The notes under the pieces: generated by a model | The model's database searches: none | The model's input: only the letters and a program-made list of their open reading frames with translations | What the model was told of the DNA's origin: nothing | Part shown: positions 1-13,178 of the stretch, in pieces | How the letters are laid out: each line of letters begins with the position of its first letter | Numbering within the stretch: the stretch's first letter is position 1 | NCBI GenBank assembly: GCA_964016885.1 | Contig: OZ024750.1 | Span: 39,866,001-39,930,000 of the forward strand | Direction of reading: 5' to 3' | DNA length: 64,000 nucleotides | DNA from: Eledone cirrhosa | Taxonomy: Eukaryota | Position numbers and translations under genes: made by a program

Positions 1-1
1 G

Positions 2-109
2 GCTTTTCAGGTCTTTACGAAGGTCCGACTTCCACACCGATCTCAAACTGTGGCACGCCGCCCAGGCTTTGCTTTCCCTCTCAACCACATCATCTTCCGT
101 ATTCCCAAT
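2..109 (-). mobile_element. Non-LTR retrotransposon (RTE-like LINE) reverse transcriptase fragment, running off the window edge
   Basis: Minus-strand translation IGNTEDDVVERESKAWAACHSLRSVWKSDLRKDLKS resembles the post-YLG 'D..R...AW.A...L..IWKS.L...LK' segment of RTE-clade RTs. It is truncated at the (TA)n at 112. Confidence 0.65.
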
Positions 110-235
110 CTTATATATATATATATATATATATGAATATAGACATGGAATATTCGAAAATATTCTGTATGTTTATAATAAACATTTTGAAGACCTAATC
201 GCTATAGAATAGAATACGTCACGTATTACAATTAG

Positions 236-324
236 ATTCTCGATAAAAGCAAGGGAAGTAATCTACGCGTTTCATTCTCGTAAGAAATCATCAGGACTAC
301 ATATCCAGTGCTTTTATCGAGAAT
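236..324 (-). ncRNA. Type I hammerhead ribozyme (array copy)
   Basis: Reverse complement of the motif at 841-929. Confidence 0.85.
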
Positions 325-545
325 GACACAGCTAGAGACTTATAGAATACTTAGCTGTGTACAGGAACTGGTTTGAAAGAGCGGTTGCCGGTCCGGCAGA
401 AATTAGAAATTGGAATAAATGCTCTGAAATAGCGATATATATGTGAATATAGACATGGAATATTCGAAAATATTCTGTATGTTTATAATAAACATTTTGA
501 AGACCTAATCGCTATAGAATAGAATACGTCACGTATTACAATTAG

Positions 546-634
546 ATTCTCGATAAAAGCAAGGGAAGTAATCTACGCGTTTCATTCTCGTAAGAAATCA
601 TCAGGACTACATATCCAGTGCTTTTATCGAGAAT
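546..634 (-). ncRNA. Type I hammerhead ribozyme (array copy)
   Basis: Reverse complement of the motif at 841-929. Confidence 0.85.
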
Positions 635-840
635 GACACAGCTAGAGACTTATAGAATACTTAGCTGTGTACAGGAACTGGTTTGAAAGAGCGGTTGCCG
701 GTCCGGCAGAAATTAGAAATTGGAATAAATGCTCTGAAATAGCGATATATATGTGAATATAGACATGGAATATTCGAAAATATATATATCAAACCAGTTC
801 CTGTACACAGCTAAGTATTCTATAAGTCTCTAGCTGTGTC

Positions 841-929
841 ATTCTCGATAAAAGCACTGGATATGTAGTCCTGATGATTTCTTACGAGAATGAAACGCGT
901 AGATTACTTCCCTTGCTTTTATCGAGAAT
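841..929 (+). ncRNA. Type I hammerhead ribozyme
   Basis: Stem I GUAGUC/GAUUAC; core CUGAUGA (871-877); stem II U-UUCU-UACG-AGAA-U; GAA followed by palindromic stem III ACGCGU; cleavage triplet GUA (after 901). Distal stem I AUUCUCGAUAAAAGCA/UGCUUUUAUCGAGAAU is 16 bp perfect beyond an internal loop. Confidence 0.88.
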
Positions 930-1150
930 CTAATTGTAATACGTGACGTATTCTATTCTATAGCGATTAGGTCTTCAAAATGTTTATTATAAACATACAG
1001 AATATTTTCGAATATTCCATGTCTATATTCACATATATATCGCTATTTCAGAGCATTTATTCCAATTTCTAATTTCTGCCGGACCGGCAACCGCTCTTTC
1101 AAACCAGTTCCTGTACACAGCTAAGTATTCTATAAGTCTCTAGCTGTGTC

Positions 1151-1239
1151 ATTCTCGATAAAAGCACTGGATATGTAGTCCTGATGATTTCTTACGAGAA
1201 TGAAACGCGTAGATTACTTCCCTTGCTTTTATCGAGAAT
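1151..1239 (+). ncRNA. Type I hammerhead ribozyme (array copy)
   Basis: Same sequence as 841-929, +310. Confidence 0.85.
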
Positions 1240-1460
1240 CTAATTGTAATACGTGACGTATTCTATTCTATAGCGATTAGGTCTTCAAAATGTTTATTAT
1301 AAACATACAGAATATTTTCGAATATTCCATGTCTATATTCACATATATATCGCTATTTCAGAGCATTTATTCCAATTTCTAATTTCTGCCGGACCGGCAA
1401 CCGCTCTTTCAAACCAGTTCCTGTACACAGCTAAGTATTCTATAAGTCTCTAGCTGTGTC

Positions 1461-1549
1461 ATTCTCGATAAAAGCACTGGATATGTAGTCCTGATGATTT
1501 CTTACGAGAATGAAACGCGTAGATTACTTCCCTTGCTTTTATCGAGAAT
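1461..1549 (+). ncRNA. Type I hammerhead ribozyme (array copy)
   Basis: Same sequence as 841-929, +620. Confidence 0.85.
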
Positions 1550-1770
1550 CTAATTGTAATACGTGACGTATTCTATTCTATAGCGATTAGGTCTTCAAAA
1601 TGTTTATTATAAACATACAGAATATTTTCGAATATTCCATGTCTATATTCACATATATATCGCTATTTCAGAGCATTTATTCCAATTTCTAATTTCTGCC
1701 GGACCGGCAACCGCTCTTTCAAACCAGTTCCTGTACACAGCTAAGTATTCTATAAGTCTCTAGCTGTGTC

Positions 1771-1859
1771 ATTCTCGATAAAAGCACTGGATATGTAGTC
1801 CTGATGATTTCTTACGAGAATGAAACGCGTAGATTACTTCCCTTGCTTTTATCGAGAAT
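1771..1859 (+). ncRNA. Type I hammerhead ribozyme (array copy)
   Basis: Same sequence as 841-929, +930. Confidence 0.85.
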
Positions 1860-2063
1860 CTAATTGTAATACGTGACGTATTCTATTCTATAGCGATTAG
1901 GTCTTCAAAATGTTTATTATAAACATACAGAATATTTTCGAATATTCCATGTCTATATTCACATATATATCGCTATTTCAGAGCATTTATTCCAATATAT
2001 ATATATATATACACACAAAATACTATGCGTTTCTCTAGTGATATCTGGCTATATACATGCATA

Positions 2064-2121
<58 letters not shown>

Positions 2122-2247
2122 TGTTAGTATATATGTGTTAGTATATATGTTAGTATATATATATGTTAATAAATATATGTTAGTATATATATGTTAGTGT
2201 AGTTACTATAGTACATGTGTTAGTATATATTAATGTAGTTACTGTAA

Positions 2248-2362
2248 TACACACACACACATACATACATACATACATACATACACACACACACGCACAC
2301 ACACATACATACATACATACATACATACATACATACATACATACATACATACATACATACAT
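2248..2362. repeat. (CA)n/(CATA)n microsatellite
   Basis: Direct reading. Confidence 0.95.
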
Positions 2363-2365
2363 AAA

Positions 2366-2641
2366 GCGTAGAGGCACGTGGCCTAGTGGACATACGATCA
2401 TAATATCGTGGGTTCGATTCCTGGGTTCCGTGTTGTGTTCTTGAGCAAAACACTTCATTTCACTTTGCTCCAGTATACTCAGCTGAAAATGAGTACCAGC
2501 AATAGCTGGAGGTTTAACCCTGCGATGGACTGGCGCCCTGTCCAGAGGGGAGTCTTGTACTCTCAGTCGCATCACGCCATGAAACCGGGATAAGCACCGG
2601 CCAAATGAGCCTTCTGGCTTAAGACAGACTTTAGACTTTAG
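2366..2641 (+). mobile_element. tRNA-derived SINE, family A (CORE-like body)
   Basis: A box TGGCCTAGTGG, B box GGTTCGATTCC, body TGTGTTCTTGAGCAAAACACTT, (GACTTTA)n tail. Related copies at 6905, 8875, 23972 and 40601. Confidence 0.8.
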
Positions 2642-2654
2642 ATATATAAAACAT

Positions 2655-2760
2655 ATAATTGTTTCTACCTTAGGCACAAGGCCGGCAAATACCCAGTGTA
2701 TTACTGGTACTTTATTTTATCGACCCCGTAAGGATGAAAGGCAAAGTTAACCTTGGCTTG
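2655..2760 (-). mobile_element. SINE family B fragment (Deu/Nin-like domain)
   Basis: Reverse complement of ...TTTGCCTTTCATCCTTACGGGGTCGATAAAATAAAGTACCAGT..., as seen at 36531 and elsewhere. Confidence 0.75.
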
Positions 2761-3724
2761 GAAAACAGTATATACTTTTCCACCTTAAAGTATATACTGT
2801 TTCGCAAAGGTCGCTCTGATATAAAACCTGCGACTTCGTTTACATCCAATGATGTAGACCAGTTCTTCTTTTGGGGTTAATGCATTTGATGTTTAGAGAG
2901 TGGGATTGGCCCCGTGCAAAGCCTTTCCTCATTTAAAAAAGCTTCAAGCACAGGCATCGCTTGATATGTGACATTTTTTGTGATGCATGGTATTGCTGCC
3001 CATAGGAAATTCCCAGCAGGACTAAAAAGTCACAACCGTGATCCTTATGTTTAAATATCAAGCGATGGCATTACTCGAAATCAAGTTGCAGCCATCATCA
3101 CGTATATATGTACCTATGTATGTATGAATATATTTATGTATGTATATATGTAGATATAGATAGATATATTTCTTTATTTAGATATAGATAGATAGATAGA
3201 TAATTATAGTGTTTTTGTGTGTATCTACGTAATTCCTTTATTTAAGGACCACTCTGTAGTCTCTGACCTATTGTTAACGAAACAATTCTCATATATTTAT
3301 ATAATATATTAAATAATATCAACAACAGTAACAACCACAGAAATCACCAAAATAAGAAAACTATAAAAAATAAAGCCGTACATCATTGTATCGTTCTGTC
3401 ATTAGCTTTTACTCTTTCTCATATTTAACAGGAAATCAAGGATATCCGCAGGTTACTGGCAATTTCCATTATTACTGTAATTGTTCACAGAGCTATATTC
3501 TACATGTAAGTAGAAGCAGACGACACTCACCAACTGCGCAAATAAAATGAAGCCGTTACATAAGATGAACAGCGTAGGAATATAATACTGCTTTACGTAA
3601 TCTAGGACATTATATACATTATATAAAGATGTTTAATTCAGTTTAGAGATATTTAAATTCATGTGAAATTTACTTTTAAACTATTGAACGAATTCTCTAG
3701 AATTCGTTCAACTTAATGTCTGTA

Positions 3725-4125
<401 letters not shown>

Positions 4126-4517
4126 ACTTCACAAAATTTACTTCTGGAAATTATGTAATTTTCTATCGTTTTAAAAAAAACTAATCTTCTGACTGTCGCC
4201 CTACTTATTTAGTAAAGGTCAAATCTTGGGAATAACATCTATGATTAACCTTTATGTTCTATTATAAATTTGCTGGTGCCAAGATAAAGTCAAACGTGCT
4301 TTAAAATGAGAATAATAAATGTAATGCAAATGTGAAGACCCACCAAAAAAAATAGTAAAGAAATAATGATGTTTATTGTATTTTAGAGAATGAACGATTT
4401 TTAAGTTGTTCTTTTTTTCTTTTTAGTCACCGCCTTACTATCATATCTAATTATAATGTTATATTCTTCATATATATATATATATAATGTATATGTATGT
4501 ATATATATATATATATA

Positions 4518-4595
4518 CAGGGTGTCCCCAAAAAGGAATACACACTTTTATTAGAATGGTGTTGTAGTGAGTATACATTTTCTGGGGACACCTTG
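4518..4595. mobile_element. Tiny Tc1/mariner-type MITE (78 bp)
   Basis: TIRs CAGGGTGTCCCCA / TGGGGACACCTTG, with TA on both sides. Confidence 0.7.
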
Positions 4596-4613
4596 TATAT
4601 ATATATGTATATA

Positions 4614-4957
4614 TATATAAAGAATGAATAATAACAGGTAGACATCATAAAAAGGTAATTTATTCCGTGTGCTTACAAGTGTTTCCACGGTGGTACTGCA
4701 GCCTAGTTATGCTACGTGCAAATTCACAAGTACTTGCAGAACTCAAATATCCAATGCTGTGACCACTGTTTCCTCAGAGCAGTGGTCACAGAGCAGAGGA
4801 AACAGTGGTCACAGCATTGGATATTTGAGTTCTGCAAGTACTTGCGAATTTGCACGTAGCATAACTAGGCTGCAGTACCACCGTGGAAACACTTGTAAGC
4901 ACACGGAATAAATTACCTTTTTATGATGTCTACCTGTTATTATTCATTCTTTATATA
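4614..4957. repeat. Long near-perfect inverted repeat (~162-bp arms, 20-bp spacer)
   Basis: 4614-4775 is the reverse complement of 4796-4957; one mismatch seen. Confidence 0.92.
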
Positions 4958-5096
4958 CACTCCGGAATACTGAAGGATCAGGAACTAAGTTTCTTCAACA
5001 ATTCTTCCATAACTCGTAGAGTAACCTCTTACCGTACGTCAACCATATCCAGTGTAGTAATTAACCATTACTACATCTTGGAGAATCCTATACCTA

Positions 5097-5209
<113 letters not shown>

Positions 5210-5240
5210 TACACACACATATATATATATACATACACAC

Positions 5241-5273
<33 letters not shown>

Positions 5274-5282
5274 TATATATAT

Positions 5283-5323
<41 letters not shown>

Positions 5324-5354
5324 TATATATACACATATATATATATATATACAC

Positions 5355-5387
<33 letters not shown>

Positions 5388-5424
5388 TATATATACACAT
5401 ATATATATATATTTATATACACAC

Positions 5425-5484
<60 letters not shown>

Positions 5485-5525
5485 GTGTGTGTGTATATAT
5501 ATATATATGTGTGTGTGTATATATG

Positions 5526-5586
<61 letters not shown>

Positions 5587-5589
<3 letters not shown>

Positions 5590-5950
5590 GGAACGAGTAG
5601 GACCCCGACGGCTGAGCTCAAGCCGTTTCGACGGCTAATTCTGGACTAGTCCAGAATTAGCCGTCGAAACGACTTGAGCTCAACCGTCGGGGTCCTACTC
5701 GTTCCTATTACCCACTCTACTACCCTAAGTATTGAGTACTTTGGTGCGTTATGGTCCACCTGGTTCCTTACCACATTTCCTTCGTTATATATACATATAT
5801 ATATATATATATAACAAAGAAAGTGTGGTAAAATAACAGGTGGACCATAACGCACCAGAATACTCGATACTTTGGGTAGTAGAGTGGGTAATAGGAAAAG
5901 AGTCAGGATCCCGACGGCTGAGCTCCGGCTGTTTCGACAGCTAGATCCGA
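5587..5950. repeat. Spacerless palindrome (5587-5708) plus head-to-head copies of a ~150-bp dispersed element
   Basis: Centre GGACTAGTCC. 5811-5945 is a diverged inverse of 5650-5790. The same family occurs at 34877-35125. Confidence 0.85.
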
Positions 5951-5951
5951 A

Positions 5952-5998
<47 letters not shown>

Positions 5999-6295
5999 AT
6001 GACTTATGGAGCCGCAGAAACCCAAACACTGGACTTTACCATCTTTCCAGGGGTCCGGGTAAGCTTTCAACCATTTATATTTTTATATATTTTTATATCT
6101 GTATATCTGTTTGACCCGAAATAGGAGACCGAATCCTCGCTGTGTGGATGATTAGCTTAACCACCATCTCAGTGTGTTTGGCCGTTAACGTAAGTTGTAA
6201 GCTCTAATTCATATGAATTATCGAGTGCTTGCCACACAACTCGGAAGTGATTCTCGTTAATTCCTGAGCTGAAATTCGATTCTCGCTAATTTTTA

Positions 6296-6349
<54 letters not shown>

Positions 6350-6904
6350 ATAATATATATATATATATTATATTTATATATATATTATATATATTATATA
6401 TATATATATATATAATATATATATATATAATATATATATATAATATATATATATATAATATATATATATATATAATATATATATATATATAATATATATA
6501 TATATATATAATATATATATATATGTAATATGTATATATATATAATATGTATATATATATAATATGTATATATATATAATATGTATATATATATATAATA
6601 TATATATATATATAATATATATATATATAAAATATGTATATATATATAATATGTATATATATATAATATGTATATATATATAATATGTATATATATAATA
6701 TGTATATATATATATGTATATATATATAATATATATATATATAATATGTATATATATATAATATATATATATATATAATGTATATATATATAATATATGT
6801 ATATATAAAAGGAACGATCGACTTTCGTCAAATCGGACCGAGGAAACAATGTTTCCGTTGGTCTTTCCAATTGCTAATGCTATCTATCGGTCGCAACTCC
6901 AGGT

Positions 6905-7018
6905 AGAAGGAGCAACGTGAAATAAAGTGTCTTGCTCAAGGACATAACGCATCGCCTGGTCCAGGAATCGAACTCACAACCTTATGATTGTGAATCCAAT
7001 TCTCTAACCACATGCCTC
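6905..7018 (-). mobile_element. tRNA-derived SINE family A, 5' part
   Basis: GGAATCGAAC (B box, reverse) and AAGTGTCTTGCTCAAG (body, reverse). Confidence 0.75.
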
Positions 7019-7032
7019 CATATGTCTTATAT

Positions 7033-7074
<42 letters not shown>

Positions 7075-7084
7075 ATAATATATA

Positions 7085-7267
<183 letters not shown>

Positions 7268-7893
7268 AATTATTGGTTTAGAAGCCATTATATAATGAAA
7301 CGAGGGTGGTGGGTTGGCAGAGTCGACAGAGCCTAGGACAAAATACAGTGCGGTATTTAGTGCCTAATCGATAGTTGGTAATTGATGATCGATTCTTTAG
7401 ATCCATTTTCACTCCTGTCCAAAAACCGGGGGTTACTTCGCTTGTTGGAAATAACACATGAGAGTGAAACACTGAGGGCTGCCAACGGTAGAAGTTCGGC
7501 GTTACATTCCACACCGTATTGAGGCATAGAACGAAATTCCTGTTGATGACGTGAATCCACTGTTCATGGAATACCACAAGCTTACATATTACGTAAGTTG
7601 GATGGATGATATTGGATTCATAGAAACATATCGGACGTATTGCAGAATATCGTTCGATATGTCCTGGTCAGTTGTTATGTCCAGCTCGATATGTCCAGGT
7701 CAGTTGTTTTTTCGTTGTTTTTCGTATTGTGTGGCTAGGTCTACCTACCGCAATTTTCAATTTGTCAAGCTGTCTAAATGTGTGTTATTACTCTAAGGCC
7801 TGCAACCTTATAGAGTGCTTTGCTGCTCATTCCTAATTGTGGGCCGTTAGCTTGGCCACAGCCAAAGCTTCGATTTTACTAAGCTTCCACTTG

Positions 7894-7979
<86 letters not shown>

Positions 7980-8087
7980 CATATATATATATATACAAAA
8001 TACATTTCTCTGACTATATATGGCTATATACATGTATATATATTTACATACACACAAAATACTGTTTCACTAACTATATATATATGG

Positions 8088-8126
<39 letters not shown>

Positions 8127-8239
8127 ACACATATATATATATATATATATATAATTATATTATATTATATTTAGAGTTTTAAACTCAAAAGGTCATTTAC
8201 AGTTAATTAGCTCAAAGAAAGAAGCATTTCTGAGCCGTG

Positions 8240-8300
<61 letters not shown>

Positions 8301-8304
<4 letters not shown>

Positions 8305-8475
8305 TCTCCAACCACTCCCCTACACACCCTTGGAACTCTATTCCCAAACACTTTTCACCTGAAGAAGGGCTTATGCCCGAAACGTCGTTCCCCACAACCA
8401 CCCCACCCTCAAGAGCGTGAAACTAATAAACCTTTGTTCGTACTGCCTCTCTGTTTTGTTCCCGTTCAATTTTAC

Positions 8476-8478
<3 letters not shown>
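8301..8478 (+). mobile_element. Penelope-like pLTR remnant with a minimal hammerhead core (8359-8386)
   Basis: CTGAAGA-A-GGGC-TTAT-GCCC-GAAACGTC followed by AATAAA and embedded in (TA)n. A second copy is inverted at 14415-14587. Stem I is weak. Confidence 0.6.
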
Positions 8479-8527
<49 letters not shown>

Positions 8528-8616
8528 CTACAATTTCCTAATTTACGATTGTCTCACTCCTTCTTCTTCTCTCCTCGCCAATCCTCTTCTTTCTATTTGA
8601 TTAGCACATGAATTGA

Positions 8617-8650
8617 TAGATAGATAGATAGATAGATAGATAGAGAGGGA

Positions 8651-8726
<76 letters not shown>

Positions 8727-8740
8727 GGAGAGAGAGGAGA
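8617..8740. repeat. (GATA)n/(GA)n microsatellite
   Basis: Direct reading. Confidence 0.95.
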
Positions 8741-8874
8741 GTAAAGGATGTGACTGTACATAACTTCTGGGAAATGGTTAGAGTTAAGGGTGGTGTTAGT
8801 TTGACGTATTTAGGAATGGATTGAGAGGGGGCGGTTGTCATACACATACACACACACACGTACATATATATCAC

Positions 8875-9107
8875 CTTGACCGACCAGTCTATCGGGCGTC
8901 CATTCGGCGCCGCTGGTCACAGCACGTCGTGCTGTTTTAGCCAGAAAATAACGCCATCCCACTGGGGTGGGCGGGCAGGCCGGTACACATTTCTACAGCT
9001 GAGTAAACTGGAGCAATGTGAAATAAAGTGTCTTGCTCAAGGAAACAACACATCACCCGGCCCGATTGCAGCCCACTTTGCTCTATACCACTAAGCCATG
9101 CGCCTTC
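8875..9107 (-). mobile_element. tRNA-derived SINE related to family A (different 3' part)
   Basis: CCACTAAGCCA (A box, reverse) and GGAGCAATGTGAAATAAAGTGTCTTGCTCAAGG shared with other copies. Confidence 0.7.
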
Positions 9108-9114
9108 ATCCACT

Positions 9115-9870
<756 letters not shown>

Positions 9871-10099
9871 TTTACATTCATTTGATTTATTGATTTATTG
9901 ATTTTTTATCTGAGTGTCCCGAATCTTCCAGATCGCAACTTTTCGATCGTACGGTTGATTATAGACTTGTTCTATGTGTGACGGTATTTTAACGATAGTT
10001 ATAGCTCTGATTTATCTAAATTATGGAGCCCTCTGCCGCTCATATCGAATTTTGTTTATCGTGAACTCGTGCGCCGATTTTCGATACTCGATTATTCTA

Positions 10100-10145
10100 C
10101 TATATTATATATATATATATAAATATATATATTATATATATATAT

Positions 10146-10212
<67 letters not shown>

Positions 10213-10265
10213 TATATATATATATATTATATATATATATATACATTATATATATATATATATAC

Positions 10266-10339
<74 letters not shown>

Positions 10340-10366
10340 ATATATATTATATATATATATATATAT

Positions 10367-10400
<34 letters not shown>

Positions 10401-10401
10401 A

Positions 10402-10475
<74 letters not shown>

Positions 10476-11146
10476 ATTATATATATATATTATATATATA
10501 TATAATATATATATATAATATATATATATATATATTATATATATATATTATATATATATATTATATTTATATATATATATTATATTTATATTATATATAT
10601 TATATATATATATATTATATATATATATTATATTATATATATTTATATATATATATTATATATATATATATTATATATATATATTATATATATATATTAT
10701 ATATATATATATAATATATATATATATATTATATATATATATTATATATATATTATACATATATATATATTATATATATATATATTATATATATATATTA
10801 TATATATATTATACATATATATATATTATATATATATTATATATATATATATTATATATATATATATTATATATATTATATATATATATTATATATATAT
10901 ATTATATATATATTATATAATATATATATATTATATATATATTATATATATATTATATATATATATTATATTATATATATATTATATTATATATATATAT
11001 TATATATATATATATATTATATATTATATATATATTATATATTATATATATATATTATATATATATTATTATATATATAATATATTATATATATATATAT
11101 ATTATATATATATATTATATATTATTATATATATTATATATATATA

Positions 11147-11233
<87 letters not shown>
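10100..11233. repeat. ~1.1-kb degenerate (TA)n tract
   Basis: Direct reading. Confidence 0.95.
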
Positions 11234-11237
<4 letters not shown>

Positions 11238-11287
11238 AGCACGTATGTATACGTACACACATATATGTATACAGACGTACAGTAGCA

Positions 11288-11327
<40 letters not shown>

Positions 11328-11697
11328 TATACACATATGCATACAGGTACACATACATATATGCACGCATCAGTGCATATATGTATGATTTAACTCACTC
11401 AATATGCAAATTAGGCTGCTCAGCCGTTAATTTTCATAAGGAAAGTATATACTTTCGAACGTTCAACTATCTGGCAGATGGGTAAACGGTGCTGATGATA
11501 GCTAACAAGCTTGAAACTAGTACATCGTTCCTGTGTCAGTGTTGAACAAAAAGGTGACGTGGTTGCCTTAACACCGTATGGCATAAATTCAGGCTGTTCG
11601 ATTTGTTGACAAACAAACGAACAAAGCAGGCGTTAGTAAACGTCGGCTAAACTGATGCGTGCATATATGTATGTGTACCTGTATGCATATGTGTATA

Positions 11698-11751
<54 letters not shown>

Positions 11752-11806
11752 TGCTACTGTACGTCTGTATACATATATGTATGTACGTATACATACGTGC
11801 TTGCAT
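11233..11806. repeat. Inverted repeat (~11233-11374 vs ~11651-11806) enclosing a hammerhead-bearing ~275-bp segment
   Basis: ATGCAAGCACGTATG...GCACGCATCAGT mirrored by ACTGATGCGTGC...CATACGTGCTTGCAT. Confidence 0.85.
11461..11547 (+). ncRNA. Type I hammerhead ribozyme (solitary)
   Basis: Stem I AACGGUG/CAUCGUU; CUGAUGA (11492-11498); stem II U-AGCU-AACA-AGCU-U; GAA followed by palindromic ACUAGU; GUA cleavage after 11522. Distal helices CUGGCA/UGUCAG and GUUCAAC/GUUGAAC. Confidence 0.88.
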
Positions 11807-11861
11807 TTGGGTGGGTGCCGTACTGGGTGTGAGAGGTGAAATTTCGTTTTCATTTTTTCAA

Positions 11862-11923
<62 letters not shown>

Positions 11924-11925
<2 letters not shown>

Positions 11926-12314
11926 GTAGGAGGTGAGTTTTATTGTAGTACAATAAAGCAATGCAGATATCGGATAAGAAGCACTCTACAGTTTGTAGGA
12001 CTGGAGTATACATAATATATAAGAACAAAAGATGGTTAAAAGAGTTCCATGTATTTTATTATGCGCATTTCAAAAACAAATATCATCATGCAATAACATT
12101 TGTGTTTTCATCAGATAAAATAGGAAGACATGATATGAAGGTTAAAAACACTTGTGGATAGTGCAGTTTTAAATCAACATATTATATATGGAACTCATTT
12201 AACCATCTTTTGATCTTATATATTATGTATACTCCAGTCCTACAAATTGTAGAGTGCTTCTTATCCGATATCTGCATTGCTTTATTGTACTACAATAAAA
12301 CTCACCTCCTACAT
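11924..12314. repeat. Foldback/MITE-like element, ~128-bp inverted arms with a ~135-bp spacer, within (TA)n
   Basis: ATGTAGGAGGTGAG...GAGTTCCAT vs ATGGAACTC...CTCACCTCCTACAT. Confidence 0.85.
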
Positions 12315-13125
<811 letters not shown>

Positions 13126-13178
13126 TTCTGCCGTCACAGAACTAAAACCCTTTTTTCCCACTACAAGCCGAATATTAC

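Larger units (their letters stand above)
136..1996. mobile_element. Retrozyme-like array: 310-bp unit, ~2.1 copies (136-783) then ~3.9 inverted copies (790-1996)
   Basis: Exact 310-bp period (aacattttga at 181/491; aaaccagttc at 791/1101/1411/1721). The second block is the reverse complement of the first. There is one hammerhead per unit, no ORF, and (TA)n at both ends and at the junction. Confidence 0.85.

Noticed and set aside
2372-2425. tRNA-like A and B boxes as tRNA genes (also 23978, 40608)
   Set aside because: No complete cloverleaf, and they continue into SINE bodies
7270-7895. Unique CpG-containing segment with small ORFs, possible Penelope endonuclease remnant
   Set aside because: No recognisable GIY-YIG or RT motif in the frames read
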